64,000 nucleotides of DNA from the NCBI GenBank assembly GCA_000004985.1, contig GG738883.1. One strand, written 5' to 3'. Below are positions 32,022 through 45,572 of the stretch, piece after piece. The DNA comes from Naegleria gruberi. Lineage: Eukaryota. The position numbers were made by a program, and so were the translations under genes. The notes below the pieces were generated by a model. That model saw only the letters and a program-made list of their open reading frames with translations, had not been told where the DNA came from and did no database searches. Numbering within the stretch: position 1 is the first letter of the stretch; the number at the start of each line of letters is the position of its first letter.

Positions 32022-34926
32022 ATGAAGAGAAAGATAACCTCCATATCTACTTCTTCATCGCAACAAATGGAGGATGTTGTTGCAGCTACAGAATCATCAC
32101 TGGAAAGTTTGAATAAGAAGATGAAACAATATTTGCAATCGGATAACAAGGTATTGGCAATTTCGGAAGTTATGGATGAAGTAAAGGAGAGTGAAGAATT
32201 AATTATGATCGGAAAGGAGCAACAAGAAAATATGCCAAGTGATGACTCTCAAATTTCTATTGGATCCATTGGATCAATTTTGTTGGAGGATGAAAATTAT
32301 ATTTCTGTAAAAGAGGATCAACCATACTCATCAACGGATTTCAATGATGAGAATGAAGAGGAAGTTGACCACATAAATACTATTCCTGTGGTAAATGTCA
32401 AAATTAAAGAAATTAACAATGCTATGGATTTCTATGGACTACCACATTCGTGTGCTGAATTATTCAAAGAAGTCAAAGGTGTTCACAAGCTGTATGAATG
32501 GCAAGAGCAGTTATTGAGTATGCCAGAACTCAGGATGGGTAAAAACGTACTGTACTCCCTTCCAACATCAGGTGGTAAAACCCTCATTGCAGAAATTCTC
32601 ATGATTAGAACTTGTCAACTAATGAAAAAGAAATCCCTGTTCGTTTTGCCATATGTTTCAATATGTGAGGAAAAAACTACTACTATGGAGTTGATAAGCG
32701 ACCAAATGAATTTCTTTGTTGAGGGATATTTTGCGTCTAAAGGTAAAATTCCAGTAGATCCTGGAAACCAACTCATTATTTGTACAATAGAAAAGGCAAA
32801 CCTTATTTTGGATAATTTAATTCGAGAGGAAAGAATACATGAACTAGGATGTGTTGTTGTGGATGAACTTCACATGATTGGAGAAGGAGGAAGAGGACAA
32901 CTTTTGGAACAATTAATATCAAAAATTTTATATATTCAAAGAGAAAAGAAAACTGTAGAAATTATTATAGACGACGAGTTAGAAAACACTACACAAACTA
33001 AGATAGAAAACATATCAATTCAATTAGTTGGCATGTCAGCCACTATTCCTAATCTCGAGCAAATAGCTCAATGGATGGATGCTGTATTATTTAAATCTGA
33101 TTTTAGACCTGTTCCTCTGAAGGAATTTTATTGTATTGGCGAGAATGTGTTTGATAAGGAGGGAAACACTGTTAGGACTCTCACCTCAATTCCTTCTGAA
33201 ATGGGAAAGGGTAAGAATGATCCTGATTTTATTACTTCTTTATGTTGTGAGGTCATTCCTGCCAAAAGTGCTCTGATATTCTGCCCAAGCAAACAATCGT
33301 GTGAAGATTGCGTAAAACATTTAACTTGTACATTACCACTTTCCAATGATTATGTCCATGAGAAGAAAGATTTAGTTGCTAACCTAAAGCTTATTGGTAC
33401 GAATGATACCAATTTATTTAATGGAATTATGTACGGAGTTGTCTATCATCATAGCTCTTTGACATCTGAGGAACGACAACTCATCGAGAATGCCTACAGA
33501 AACCATATTATTTGTGTAATTTGCTGTACAAGTACACTTGCAGCAGGTATTAACCTTCCAGCTGCAAGAGTGATCTTTAACACTCCGTATATTGGTTTCA
33601 AACAATTTTTAACAAAATCTAAATATATGCAAATGAGTGGCAGGTCAGGAAGAGCAGGTATTGACAGTTTTGGTGAGAGTTATCTTGGTAAGTTAATTTT
33701 TGAATCGGTCATCTAAGCATAATACCATAGTACTTCAGAAACAATATAAAACTCAAGTGGATGGCGGAAAGGATTTAATTGCCAAAAGACTTGAGAATGT
33801 AAATAGTTGTATTAATTTATCAGACACAGATTCTCTCAGTAGAATTTGCATGGAAATTATTTCTAGCAATCTAATTTCTTCAATGAATCAAATTGAGAAA
33901 TTTGTGGAATGTACATATTTTTCTTACCAAAATCCTTCTATGAAATCTAATTTGGTAGAAAAGTTAAACGAGGTCTCGCAACAATTGATAACAAACAATC
34001 TGTTGCAAGTATCACCAGAAAGTTTTAAATTTGAAATGACCTCACTAGGTATGGGAACGAGTAGAAGTGCTCTCACATTGAAAGAATCACTTGATCTTAC
34101 AGTAATATTACAACAAATTCAAGATGATGGAATAATAATTAGTGACGATTTACATATTCTGTACGTAATTGGTGTACCAATTGATGGAAATGGACTAATC
34201 GAGCCAAATTATGTCAAGTTGCTGAACTATTTGGAACAATGTGCAACACCACTAGAAAAAAAAATAATAGCTAGAATTGGCATTCCAGAAAATGCAATTC
34301 TTACAAAAGCAATGAACAAGTATTCAAAAATTAGTGATGCAGAACAATATACAATTAAGAGACTATACAATGCATTCATTATCAGAGATTTAATTAATGA
34401 GAGAACAAACTTTATTGACCATTGTGAAATTAAGGGAAGAGGAATGATACAACAATTAATGAGTCAAGCTTGTACCTTCTGTAGTATGGTCCAACAATTT
34501 TGTGAAACATTGGAATTTTGGCAAATTGCTAAAATTGCAAAGAAATATATTAGAAGAATCCAATACGGTGTCAAGTCAGACATAGTCGATTTGGTTCAAT
34601 TGGAAGGTGTCAAGAGAGCAGAAATTGCCAGAATTTTGAAAGAAAGCAGCTTGAGTTTAGAAATACTTTCCAAGCTTATTTCAGAATGTGAGGATGAAGA
34701 AATTCCACCCTCATTCCTAGAATTCGAAAATCCTCTTTCCCTTACTATTCACCAAAAATTACTTTCTCAAATACTTTCTCTTTCACATTGGAAAGAGGAA
34801 CAACGAACATTTATTCAAACATATTTCACAATTGAAAGGGTTGAAGCAATGGTTTACTCTGCCAAAAGAGAACTATCTAAAAAGGCCTTCTACCTTAGAC
34901 AAAAGGCCGATACATTGGACTATTGA
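32022..34926 (+). CDS. Hel308/HELQ (Mus308)-like superfamily-2 DNA helicase, 2 exons (32022..33687, 33730..34926)
   Basis: Walker A LPTSGGKTLIAE; DExH VVVDELHMIG; SATIPN; HHSSL; TSTLAAGINLPAARVIF; MSGRSGRAG. A 42-nt GTAAGT...CATAG intron joins the helicase core to the C-terminal winged-helix/ratchet region. Confidence 0.85.
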
Positions 34927-35540
34927 GAGTATTTCCATTTGAAGTTTATTTTGAACGCGCGACTTGTGTAATAGTTGAGTATTGTGGACATCATCATATT
35001 AAATAGTTGAAATTGGCTGGAAGTAGGCTTACTTTCTGTGAACCAATAAATTAATAAAACAATCTTCTTCGGTGAAGTAAATTATCAACAAATAGAAATT
35101 CATGATGAAATTAATAGAGAGGAATTTTCCATTGAAGCTGAAGTGGGGTTGATGTTTTTTTTTGATCATCGATTTCGATTTTTGGCTGTTTCAATAACAA
35201 CAGGAGGGTTATTAATCTGACTCATTTCCCTCCAAAATCAGTTAACAAAAAAATTTAAAAAAAAGCATCAAATAATGGTTGTAAATGATGAATTTAAACT
35301 GATGCAATATTAAAAGATAATATTTCTCTCTCGCACTAGAAAAAGGAATTAAAAGGAAAAGCATTAAATATTGCTTACAAATAGTGGAAAATCATCAAAA
35401 CATGTGACGAATCTATTGCGGAAGATAACAACTCCACATTTTACCCGAAGGCAAAAACAAACAAACATGCCATGTTGAACTATTGCACAACCACAAGGTC
35501 TTCCCGTAGTGGCAATCGTATTGTGTTAGTCAACTAGAGA

Positions 35541-38500
35541 ATGTCAGACCATAAGTTGAAAAAAATGTTTGTTGGTAGCCCATGTCAATACCTCCTTATT
35601 GGGGTAATTGTTTTGCATGCATGCTTGTTTGCTTGTTGCTATCAACCACAGTATGACATGTCTGTTGTGGCAGGTGGTGGATCTTCAATAGGTGATGGAT
35701 TATTAGCAACACAAGCATTGTTATCAGTACCAAGTGGTGGAATTGTTTCAAATTCTGATATTATATTCTGTGATACTAATAATCATAGAATACGTAAGAT
35801 AGATGTGAATGGTATCATGTCAACTATTGCTGGTACTGGTGTTGCAAATTATTCTGGTAAGTTTATAGACTTCACATTGTTCAACAACTTTGGTCAACTC
35901 ACATGCATGTGCAATTCAAATAGGAGATGGAGGAGCCGCAGTTAATGCACAACTAAACTCACCTCAAGGAATTGGAATACTATCAACTGGTGCCATTGTA
36001 TTTTCAGATACATTAAACCACTGTATTAGAAAGATTGAAAATGGAATTATTTCAACATTAGCAGGTAATGGATCACCAGGATTGACAGGTAAGTTTTATA
36101 TGCATACACATGATCTTCTAAAAACCTTGTAGTAGTTGGATCAGCAATCAGTGCTCAATTAAACACACCAACTGCTCTAATTGTTGCAAGTAATGACATT
36201 TATTTTGCTGAAAGTGGAAACCATCTCATTAGAAGAATTAGTTCTTCTGGCATGTTAACAATCTACATTGGAGAGTCAAGTGGAACATCTGGTAGTTCTG
36301 ATACAGGTACAGCTGGAGCATCATTCAAAATGAATACACCAATGGGAATTGTTTTCCATGCAGGAAATTTATACTTTTCAGATTCCAAGAATTATAGAAT
36401 TTGTGTAACCTCTGGTGCATTGATTTCTGTTTTCAAAGCATCATTGACAAGTGAACCACTTGGATTAGCTAGTTATAATGGTAATCTGTATATTGCCATG
36501 AAGGGAAACAAGGTTTTACAAGCAAAGAATTCGAATACAATCATTGATTTTGCTGGAAGTGGAACGAGTGGATATTCAGGAGATGGAGGATTGGGTACAT
36601 CTGCTTTATTGAATGGTCCATCTGCTTTGGCTTTTGATTCGAGTGGAAATTTGCTCATTTCAGATTCTTTCAATAATAGAATTAGAAAAGTTGCAAATGG
36701 AACTATTTCAACTTTGGCTGGAAATAGCAATAGAAATTTTGGAAATGGTGTTTTGGGAACATTGGCTTCATTTTCCTCTCCAAATAGTGTTTATTATACA
36801 GGAAATGATGATTCAGCAGGTGGCATTTTGATTTCTGACACAAATAATCATGTTTTAAGAAGATTGAAAGATGGATACATTTATAATGTGATTGGAAATG
36901 TTGCAATTCCTGGAAACAACAATGGAAATGGAGTGAATGTCAATGATGCAACAGTGAATTCACCTCCATTTGTCATGAAGAGATTTGGTGATTTAATTTA
37001 CTTTTTAGATAATAATGGATGTGCATTGAGAAGAATTGAATCGAATAATGTTTTAACACTTGTGGTAGGAAGTTGCAATACTGCCAATCAAGATTATTTC
37101 CTTTCCAAATCATTTGACATTTCCAATGATGGAATTATTTATATTGCTGATTATTACAATAATAGAATTGCCAAGTTTGAGATTAATAATTCCACTTTGA
37201 CAACCCTTGTTGGACGTTCCTTAAAAGGATTCTTAGATGGAATTGGGTCGAATGCCTTACTCAACTATCCTGAAAGTCTTATTATTGGACCTGATAATAT
37301 GATTTACTTTTCAGATCGTGATAATAATGCAATTAGATCTGTGTCCACAAGTTCTGCTTTGGTTACAACTCTGGCCGGTGACAGATTTAATGGATTTCTT
37401 GGAGATGGTGGTCCAGCTAAATCATCAAGACTTGATTCACCAGGACCTATTCAGTTGACATTAGGTGGTGAGATAATTTTCATGGACAGAGGAAATCAAA
37501 GAATTAGAAAGATTACAAAATATGGAAATATTTTTACTATTTATGGAAATGGATCAACAAGTGTTTTTAAAGATGCTAATGGTTTAACACTTGGTGGAAG
37601 TGGTGAAATTTACATTGCAGATAGTGGAAACAATCTCATCAAAATGTTATCTGCTGCCAAATGTTCAAATGGAACTTTTTACAATTCTTCATCATTTGAA
37701 TGTCAATGTACAGCTGGTTTCTATGGAGAGAATTGCTTGGAATATGATTGCTCAGGAATCAATTGGAGAAACTCGTCCGTTTGTTCAGGAAGAGGTTCAT
37801 GTATTGCGAAAGAAAAGTGTTCTTGCTCTGCCAATTTCACAGGAAGTAATTGTGAAGAATACTATTGTTATGGAGTTAATTCAGTGAATAGCAGTGTTTG
37901 TTCATCCAATGGTCAATGCACAGCTCCAGATAATTGTACCTGTTCATTTGGAACATTTGGGTTGAATTGTGAAAATGCTTATTGTCAAGGAATTGTCTCT
38001 TGGAATGAAACTGTTTGTAATTCGAGAGGAAAATGCATTGGCTACAACAAGTGTACATGCAATAATGGATTTTATGGCAATAATTGTGAATTTTACAATT
38101 GTTTCGGAGTTAAAAACACTGACAGCTCAATATGTTCAGGAAATGGTATTTGTTCCAAAATTGATAATTGCACTTGTTTTGATGGATATTTTGGAAATAA
38201 CTGCTCTGATTTCAATTGTGTTGGAGAGCAGTATATTGGAAAGAACTTGTGTTTGAATAATGGCTCATGCACTGGTCCAGGTGATTGTAAATGTTTGCCT
38301 GAATGGGGTGGCAACATTTGTCAACATGTCAAATGTTTTAACAAGACAGCTGTCGATTCAAATGTTTGTTCATCACATGGTCAATGTTTGTCTTTTAATA
38401 ATTGTTCATGTGATCCAAGATGGATTGGCAGTGATTGTGGCGTGACCACTTGTTTTGGTCAATTATCAAATGATTCGAATAGAGTTTGTTCATCATATGG

Positions 38501-41500
38501 TCAATGTTTAAATCCAGATCAATGCTCTTGTAATAATGGATACAGAGGTGATGAATGTGAATATAGAGTGTGTTATGATTTAATTCACACAGATCCAAAT
38601 GTTTGCTCCTCACATGGTCAATGTGAATCACCAAATAATTGTAAATGTGAAAATGGTTTTGTTGGGGAGAATTGTCAATATCACCAAGTTTATTTAGACA
38701 TTTCAAATGCATTGATTTATTCATATTTTGATTCACTTTTAAATATTTCAACAACAATTGATGGAGGTGATCAAGTATTGTTGAGTAGTGAATGTCAAGA
38801 TTTATTCGAAAGTTCAGAATTGATCAAATTGGGAGAAGCTGATTTGATATCCTGTTATTGGACACCAAATTATTTCAAAATCAAATTGGGATATAATCAC
38901 ATGATTGAACATTTATCCACATTGAAACTGAATTCAAATTTCAATATTTCACTTCAAGTCAATTCAAATTCTTCTTTAATTTTACTCAATCAGCGAACAT
39001 TTTCCTCTTCAATGGATACTTTACTTTTATACATTCCATCCAATCAAGATTTTATCATCAAATCCAGCAGTGATGATTATTATCATACATTTAAGAAAGT
39101 TTCAAAAAGTTGGACATGTGAAAACTGTCCTCAGCCACTTGTCAATTATTTAACAAATTATGAAAATAAGAGTATGATTTTAATACCAACTTCATTGCTG
39201 AATAGCATTCCATTAGATTCTTCATATTCTAAAATTCTTTCACTTAAATATTCATCCATGAATTCAATTCAAAAATCATTGACATCAAGCGACAAGACAA
39301 GAATTGAATCTAATAAGAATTTACCTCCCTCTTTCACATGGCATGGGGATAATGTAAAGGATACACAATTTAAATGTGTTGGACATAATTGTATTATTGA
39401 AAGTTCATTGAATTCAATGAATAGTTCACTTTCATTTACATTCTCTGGATTTTTCAGTTTATTGAATTCACTCTTTTCACAAAAACAAATGTTTAGATTG
39501 GTAAATGTTTATAATAATGAATTGGTGGACAGTGAATATTCATCCAATGCACAAATAGTTGGATTTCAATTGAAAACCTATGTTTCCACTTCACTTTCTT
39601 ATTATTTCTCATATTCAACATTTGATAGATTGGATCATGTTTTGACAAATGTGAATAGAACTCTATCTCTTGATGATTCTAAATTTACAATTTCAATATT
39701 CAATCAAGATCCTTTCATTTCAAGTTTCACATTACCTGAATATTTCACATTCAATTACCAATTTTATCAAATTAATTCAATTGACAATAATTTAAGTAGT
39801 AGTGAAAAAACATTGAATATAGATGTTGAAAAATTGAATTTATCAGAAGGAATGTATTTAGTGAACTTGACACTAACAGTTTCCAAGTCATATGTCACAA
39901 TTCCATATTATTATTTTGGATTTATTCATTTTTATGCTCAATCAAATGTTCCAAAATTAACAATTGATCAATTACCTGCTATTTATCCTTCCAAAAAGGA
40001 TTTACATTTGAAAGTATTGATTCAATCATCAAGTGCAATTCAAAATTATAAATGGAAATTAAAAGAAGGTTTAGTGAAAGAAAGGAAAATAATTGGACAA
40101 TTTTTGGAAAGTTCACAATTTACTCAACTCACGTCTAATACATACAAGAGTGAAATTATAATTAATAGTCAATATTTATTGGAAGGTGAATTTATTTCAT
40201 TTGATTTTTCAGTTTCAAATATGAATGGAATGTCAAATGTTTCATTATCAACTAGAATTGATGAATCTCCAAGATTTTCATGTGAATATTTCAATTTAAA
40301 GAATGAATTTACAAATTATGCATTTGATTCACTTCTTTCCATTTCATGTTTCAATTTACCTGAAGAACCAATTTCAAGTTTTAATTTTGAATTTCATTCC
40401 ATTTATGGAAAGAGATTAAATATCATTTCCAATACATTGAAAAAGAATATCATTACAAGAATACCAATGTACTCATTTGAAGAAGGTAAAATCAATCTTG
40501 TTGTAAAATTAGTGAATAGATATGGCTCAGTTTCACAAATCTCAAAAACTATTTCAGTTTTACCTCCATTAACTATTTACAATTCACAAAATTCAATTCT
40601 ATCAAGATTTAATTATTTTAAACAATCTTTTTATAATTTGAAGTTGAATGAGCCATTGAGAATTGATACTGCTCATTCAATTTATTCCTTAATGAGTATT
40701 CTCATTCAGAACGAAACCATTTCGAATATAAAAGGACAATTAGTGAATGAATTAACAATGGATCAATTATCAACATTTAATTCATTGTTGAAAGATATGA
40801 TTAATCAATTGAAAAGTATTCAATCGTTGACATATAAGGTTGATGAAAAGATAATTCAATTGACACTTCCAATAATTTCACAAATTTATTCGATTCTGGA
40901 TAATTTATCATTGGATGAAAGTTGGATTTCAGATATTTCAAGTTGGCTTGATTGGATTTATTCTGGAATGTCAAATGCCAAACAATATTATTCAGAAATA
41001 TTATTAGAAACTGTACTTTCCACTGAACATTATTCAGAATTGAAAATTATTCAAAATATACTTTCAAAAAGATATTCTAATAGATTGGATAAACAAGAAT
41101 TAATTTCAAAATATAGAGCTCAATATTTAATGTTGACTAAACTGAACGAATCATCAGATGATTCATCTTTTGAAATTTATCAAATAGATATTGCTTCTCA
41201 ATTAAATGGCAAGTCAATTACAACAAACATCAATCAAGATATTCAAATTCAAGCCATACTTCCATCAGATTTAACAAGTCAAGTGTCAAATATTGAAGAT
41301 AATTCACAATTATTTTACTCTTCATCATTAATTTCAAATGACAAGACATTGAATAATATTTTAACAAATAGACCTATTTTGGAATTATCAATTTTTTCAA
41401 AAGATGGTTCATTGACAAGTGTGAATAATTTACAGAATCCAATTCAATTGAAATTCAAAAATTTATTTACAGATTACAAAATCTATACTAATTTATCATG

Positions 41501-42801
41501 TGTTTATTTTGATGCTTCATCAAATGGATGGTCAACCAATGGAATTACAGCCAAATCAACGATAATCAAACAAGAAAATGGAAAATTGTATTTTGAAATG
41601 GAATGTAACACAACTCACTTGTCTTTATTCTCAGTTCAAGAATATAATTTCATTTCAATTCCAGTTGTTATCAACTCAAGTCAACCTAGAAATGAAATAG
41701 ATACAAATTTAGGATTAATTCTTGGATTGGCACTTGGCATTTCTATTCCAGTTGTGTTAATGATAGTGTTTGTTATCATTATCATTGTGTTATCTGTATT
41801 TGTGTGGAAATTAAAAACTAAGAGAACACGATATGATATTGAAATGACAGGAACTGATTTTCCTGATTCGAGTATGTTCCTGACACCACTTGTTAGCGTT
41901 TCAGGAAGTTCAAATGAAAGTTTCAATCCACTTTCAAGATATTTAGATCTAGTTAGAATTGGTCAAGGAGCATTTGGCTCAGTTTTCAAAGCAATGGATT
42001 CAAAAACAAATACAATGAAAGCAATCAAAGTGATGAGATATCAAACCAATGAAGAATTGAATGGATTTATGAAAGAAGGAACTCAATTAATGAATGTCAG
42101 TCATCCAAATATTTTGAAAGTGAATGATTTCTTTATTAGTCAAGATAATTTATTGTGTATTGATATGGATTTTTATGAAAAGGGTGATTTGGTTCAATTG
42201 ACCAATGAATCTTTCATTTGCTCAGAGAAGATGTTGCTTCAAATTATTTATCAAATGTTAAATGCATTGAATTATATTCACAACTCAATGAAACTCATTC
42301 ACAGAGATATCAAACCATCAAATATTTTCATCAAATCAATCGATAATGATAATATTCAAATTGTAATTGCTGATTTTGGATTGGCAAGGGCAGATCAAGG
42401 TTCTGCTCACAAATCATATGCTGGAACTCCTTTATTTATGGTATGTTATTTATCAATACTTTGGCATGTCAATTCTAACATATATTACTGTTAACTTGGA
42501 GGAATTATAGTCACCTGAACTTGGATATGGCGGAAAGTATTATTTCAATACAGATATTTACAGTTTAGGAGTCACTCTTTATCAAATCATGACCAAAGAT
42601 ACTCAAACTTCAATTAGTCAACTATTAATCACAAAAGATAAACTTGAAGTGAATACAATTCTCAAACAAAAATTTGATGAGCGAAGAATTTACTCATCTG
42701 AAGTTATTGATTTGGTCATTTCAATGTTAGAAAAGGATTTGACAATCAGACCACAAGCAACAACTCTCCTTAGCAATCATCTTTTCAAATCATTCCAATA
42801 A
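35541..42801 (+). CDS. giant single-pass receptor Ser/Thr kinase with NHL-repeat + EGF-like (tenascin-type) ectodomain, >=5 exons (35541..35856, 35924..36088, 36133..42440, 42511..42801)
   Basis: Signal-anchor N-terminus. About 10 NHL repeats are split by a 67-nt and a 44-nt GTAAGT intron. About 14 Cys-rich EGF-like repeats (C.C..G..G..C) follow, then a ~1000-aa S/N-rich extracellular region and TM segment GLILGLALGISIPVVLMIVFVIIIIVLSVFVW. The kinase has IGQGAFGSVFKA, HRDIKPSNIFI and ADFGLAR. A 70-nt GTATGT...TATAG intron splits GTPLFM|SPE. Confidence 0.85.
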
Positions 42802-42836
42802 CAACAGTTATCATATTTCAGTCACTATTGAAAAAC

Positions 42837-45516
42837 TTAATTGTCATTACTTTTCTTCAACTCATTATTAACATCTTCAAGGCATTTTGTTGCCGAATGA
42901 TATTTACAATTAATCATGTCTTTCAAAACAGAACATAAACCTTCAATTTCTGTAAATGCAAAATGAGATTGCAAAATATCAACTTGCACAATGTGTGATG
43001 ACATTTTGTCGCATACAAGTCTTGAATGTCTCATCATCAGTTTAATTAAAACAACTGCCAGAGCATAAAGATCATGAGTAGGAGTAAATCTATAGTTGAT
43101 ATCTGTGGGGGTGTAGTCTGGTTTAAAATGTAAACAAGTTTTTGCATATTCAGAATTCATAATACTAGAATTATTCATGTCAATAATAACTGGTTCATTG
43201 TAATTTCTAAACATAATATTATTTACACTAATATCACAGTGAACGACATTATTGGAATGTAAACATTCAAGACCTTTCAAGCACCCAATGAAAACGTTTT
43301 GCAAGAAACACTCAAAGTTATTGCTATTGTAGGCATAGGTATGGTCAAAACAATCCAAAGGTTCCATTGCTGTAATTGTTATATTAGAACAATTCCATCC
43401 GGATACATCACTGATTCGGTTGCTAGTGTGTACATACTTATAAATACGACAAATATTTGGGTGTGAAATTGTTGTAACCAAGTTCATTGTATCAATTTTC
43501 TCTGACATTGTTTTTGAAAGTTTTACAAACACTTTCAATCCTGAATTTTTCATTAAGCCTGTTCCTATAATTTTCCTTTCATCAATTACTATATTATCAA
43601 AGTCAGATATGCCAGAACTATCTAATTGAATAACACCAGTGTTGTTAAATTCAGAATCCGTATTGTTTTCACTGCAGTTATTGTCGTTACTGTTAGTATT
43701 ATTGTCATCATTGTTATTGCTATTACTATTCAAATATTTCAATACCAAACAATATTTTGAAATCTTTTCAGTAATATAGTATAACTTGGAGTTAATTTTA
43801 AAAAGAATTAATACATCTGTCATATCTGAATGGGGATAATACAAAAGAGGGGTGTTGGACACAATGTATATCAGCCCTTGTTTGTTCCTTTTTACATGTG
43901 ATATTATGTCCATATTATTAACTATAGTTGGTTGTCTTGTTGATAGTACAAAAGAGAGTTTGTTTTGCAACCATTCTTTAACTGATTCAAACGTTGCAAA
44001 GTCTTGAATAACCAGAAATTGGAATGGATGTAACTCTTCCTTATAATCAGCAGTTAATATGTTTGTAATATCAATTCCGTCGTCATTAATATCGAAAGAC
44101 TTGGAAACTTTCAGCTCACAATGCGGGTTATTTAAATTCAAGTTGAACCAATATTTACAATTTTTGAATAAAGTAATCATAATCTCTGCAAGATCCTTTG
44201 GATTTGTAAAATCATACCACTCTGAAACATATAAATGGTATGCGGCTCTGCAGCTATTCTCTTTTGGTATAGAATTAGGGATGCATATAAGTCGAAGAAA
44301 GCAAAGTTTTGTGCCACCAGTCAAGGATCCATACATGTTAAGAACTGTATCAACTCCAAATTTATTGCGAAGCAATAACTCTTGGGACAATTCTGTTAGT
44401 GAGCTACGTAACAGTACTACAATTTTAATAAAGTCTGGATGATCGAACACCTTTGAATACTCATTTGGATTATATTCGGCATAAAAGCATCTCCATTCAT
44501 AATTTGGAAGAAAACTGTTTTGTAAGAATAATACTTTGTCTGGTTTAAAGTATGTTTGAGTGAAGTATCTTGTCACTCTAGTGTGGTTCGATAGTACTGT
44601 GTCTTTAATTTTACTAATAACAATGTTAAAGATGTTAAAAAATATCTTACCTGAATGAAGAAAGAACGTCATCAATGAAGTATGATTTTGTGAATGTCAA
44701 AAAGTTTTGGGAATTGATATTTAACTCGTTAGCTGAGAACATTTCCACAAGGACTTGTTTCAAGCAATCAATTGAATCATCTTGCTCAAGGTGAAGAGAA
44801 TTCATATCTTTCAAGCAAATAAGAGATGCAAGAAAGAACTTTTCCAAGTTTTTGTATCCAGCCCCCAATACCATATTATTTACAACCACCATATTCTTAT
44901 TGGCAGACTGAATATTTTGAGTAGTAATTCCAAGAGCTGTCAATACTATATATGAAAGAGAATAGTCAGAGAAAATCTTAACAGCCTCGCCCCAGTTCTC
45001 TTTTTTATCCTCTGGAACAACTAGGTCCTCTTTGTTATAGGCATTCACCTTATGAACTGATAAGATTTTTGGTGCTTTGAATGTTGGCAATATTGGAAGG
45101 GCTGAACGTGTATCCCTGTTGTAAAGAGAAGGCCAGAGAAATGTAGCATTGTTGTCTGTGATAAGGGCCCACACTGGCTCATTGTTTTCAAAGTTACTTT
45201 CTTCCTCAAATCCGGGAATAATGATTTTGTGCCTTTTTCTTCTTTTTCTTGTGTGTTTGCTTGGAATCAAAGTCTTTGGATCAAACGAATCATCCATCAC
45301 AGCTTCGGGAGTAACAGATGAATAACCTGTGTGGTAGTACACCACAGGGTCATCACTAGTTTCCATCATTACGACCAATTTTGTTGTTTCGTCCATGACA
45401 CTCACTATGGAAATTCCTAAAAACTCAAGCTTTTCCTTCAGAGCATCAATGCTAGGATAAAACTGAAGTGTGTACCAACAAATGTAAGCCTTACTTGGTG
45501 GATTTGGAGCAAACAT
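42837..45516 (-). CDS. protein kinase-like domain protein (probable pseudokinase), 2 exons (45516..44651, 44613..42837)
   Basis: A 37-nt GTAAGA...TTATTAG intron joins ORF 44647..45516 to ORF 42837..44675. The C-terminal domain has a kinase-like catalytic loop VVHCDISVNNIMF (HCD instead of HRD) and DMN instead of DFG. Confidence 0.65.
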
Positions 45517-45572
45517 GGTAGAAGCTTAAGGTGTTTTTATTTTATTTTTAAAAATCTTTGAGCGGGAAACCC

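Noticed and set aside
36473-38757. Numerous 60–120-aa ORFs antisense to or out of frame with the giant receptor CDS (for example 36473..36730-, 36703..36906-, 37876..38058-, 38395..38757-). Similar ORFs lie inside TOR, Dcp2 and the repeat proteins.
   Set aside because: They sit fully inside long, domain-supported CDSs and show the compositional bias expected when AT-rich coding DNA is read in the wrong frame or strand. None has a domain signature.
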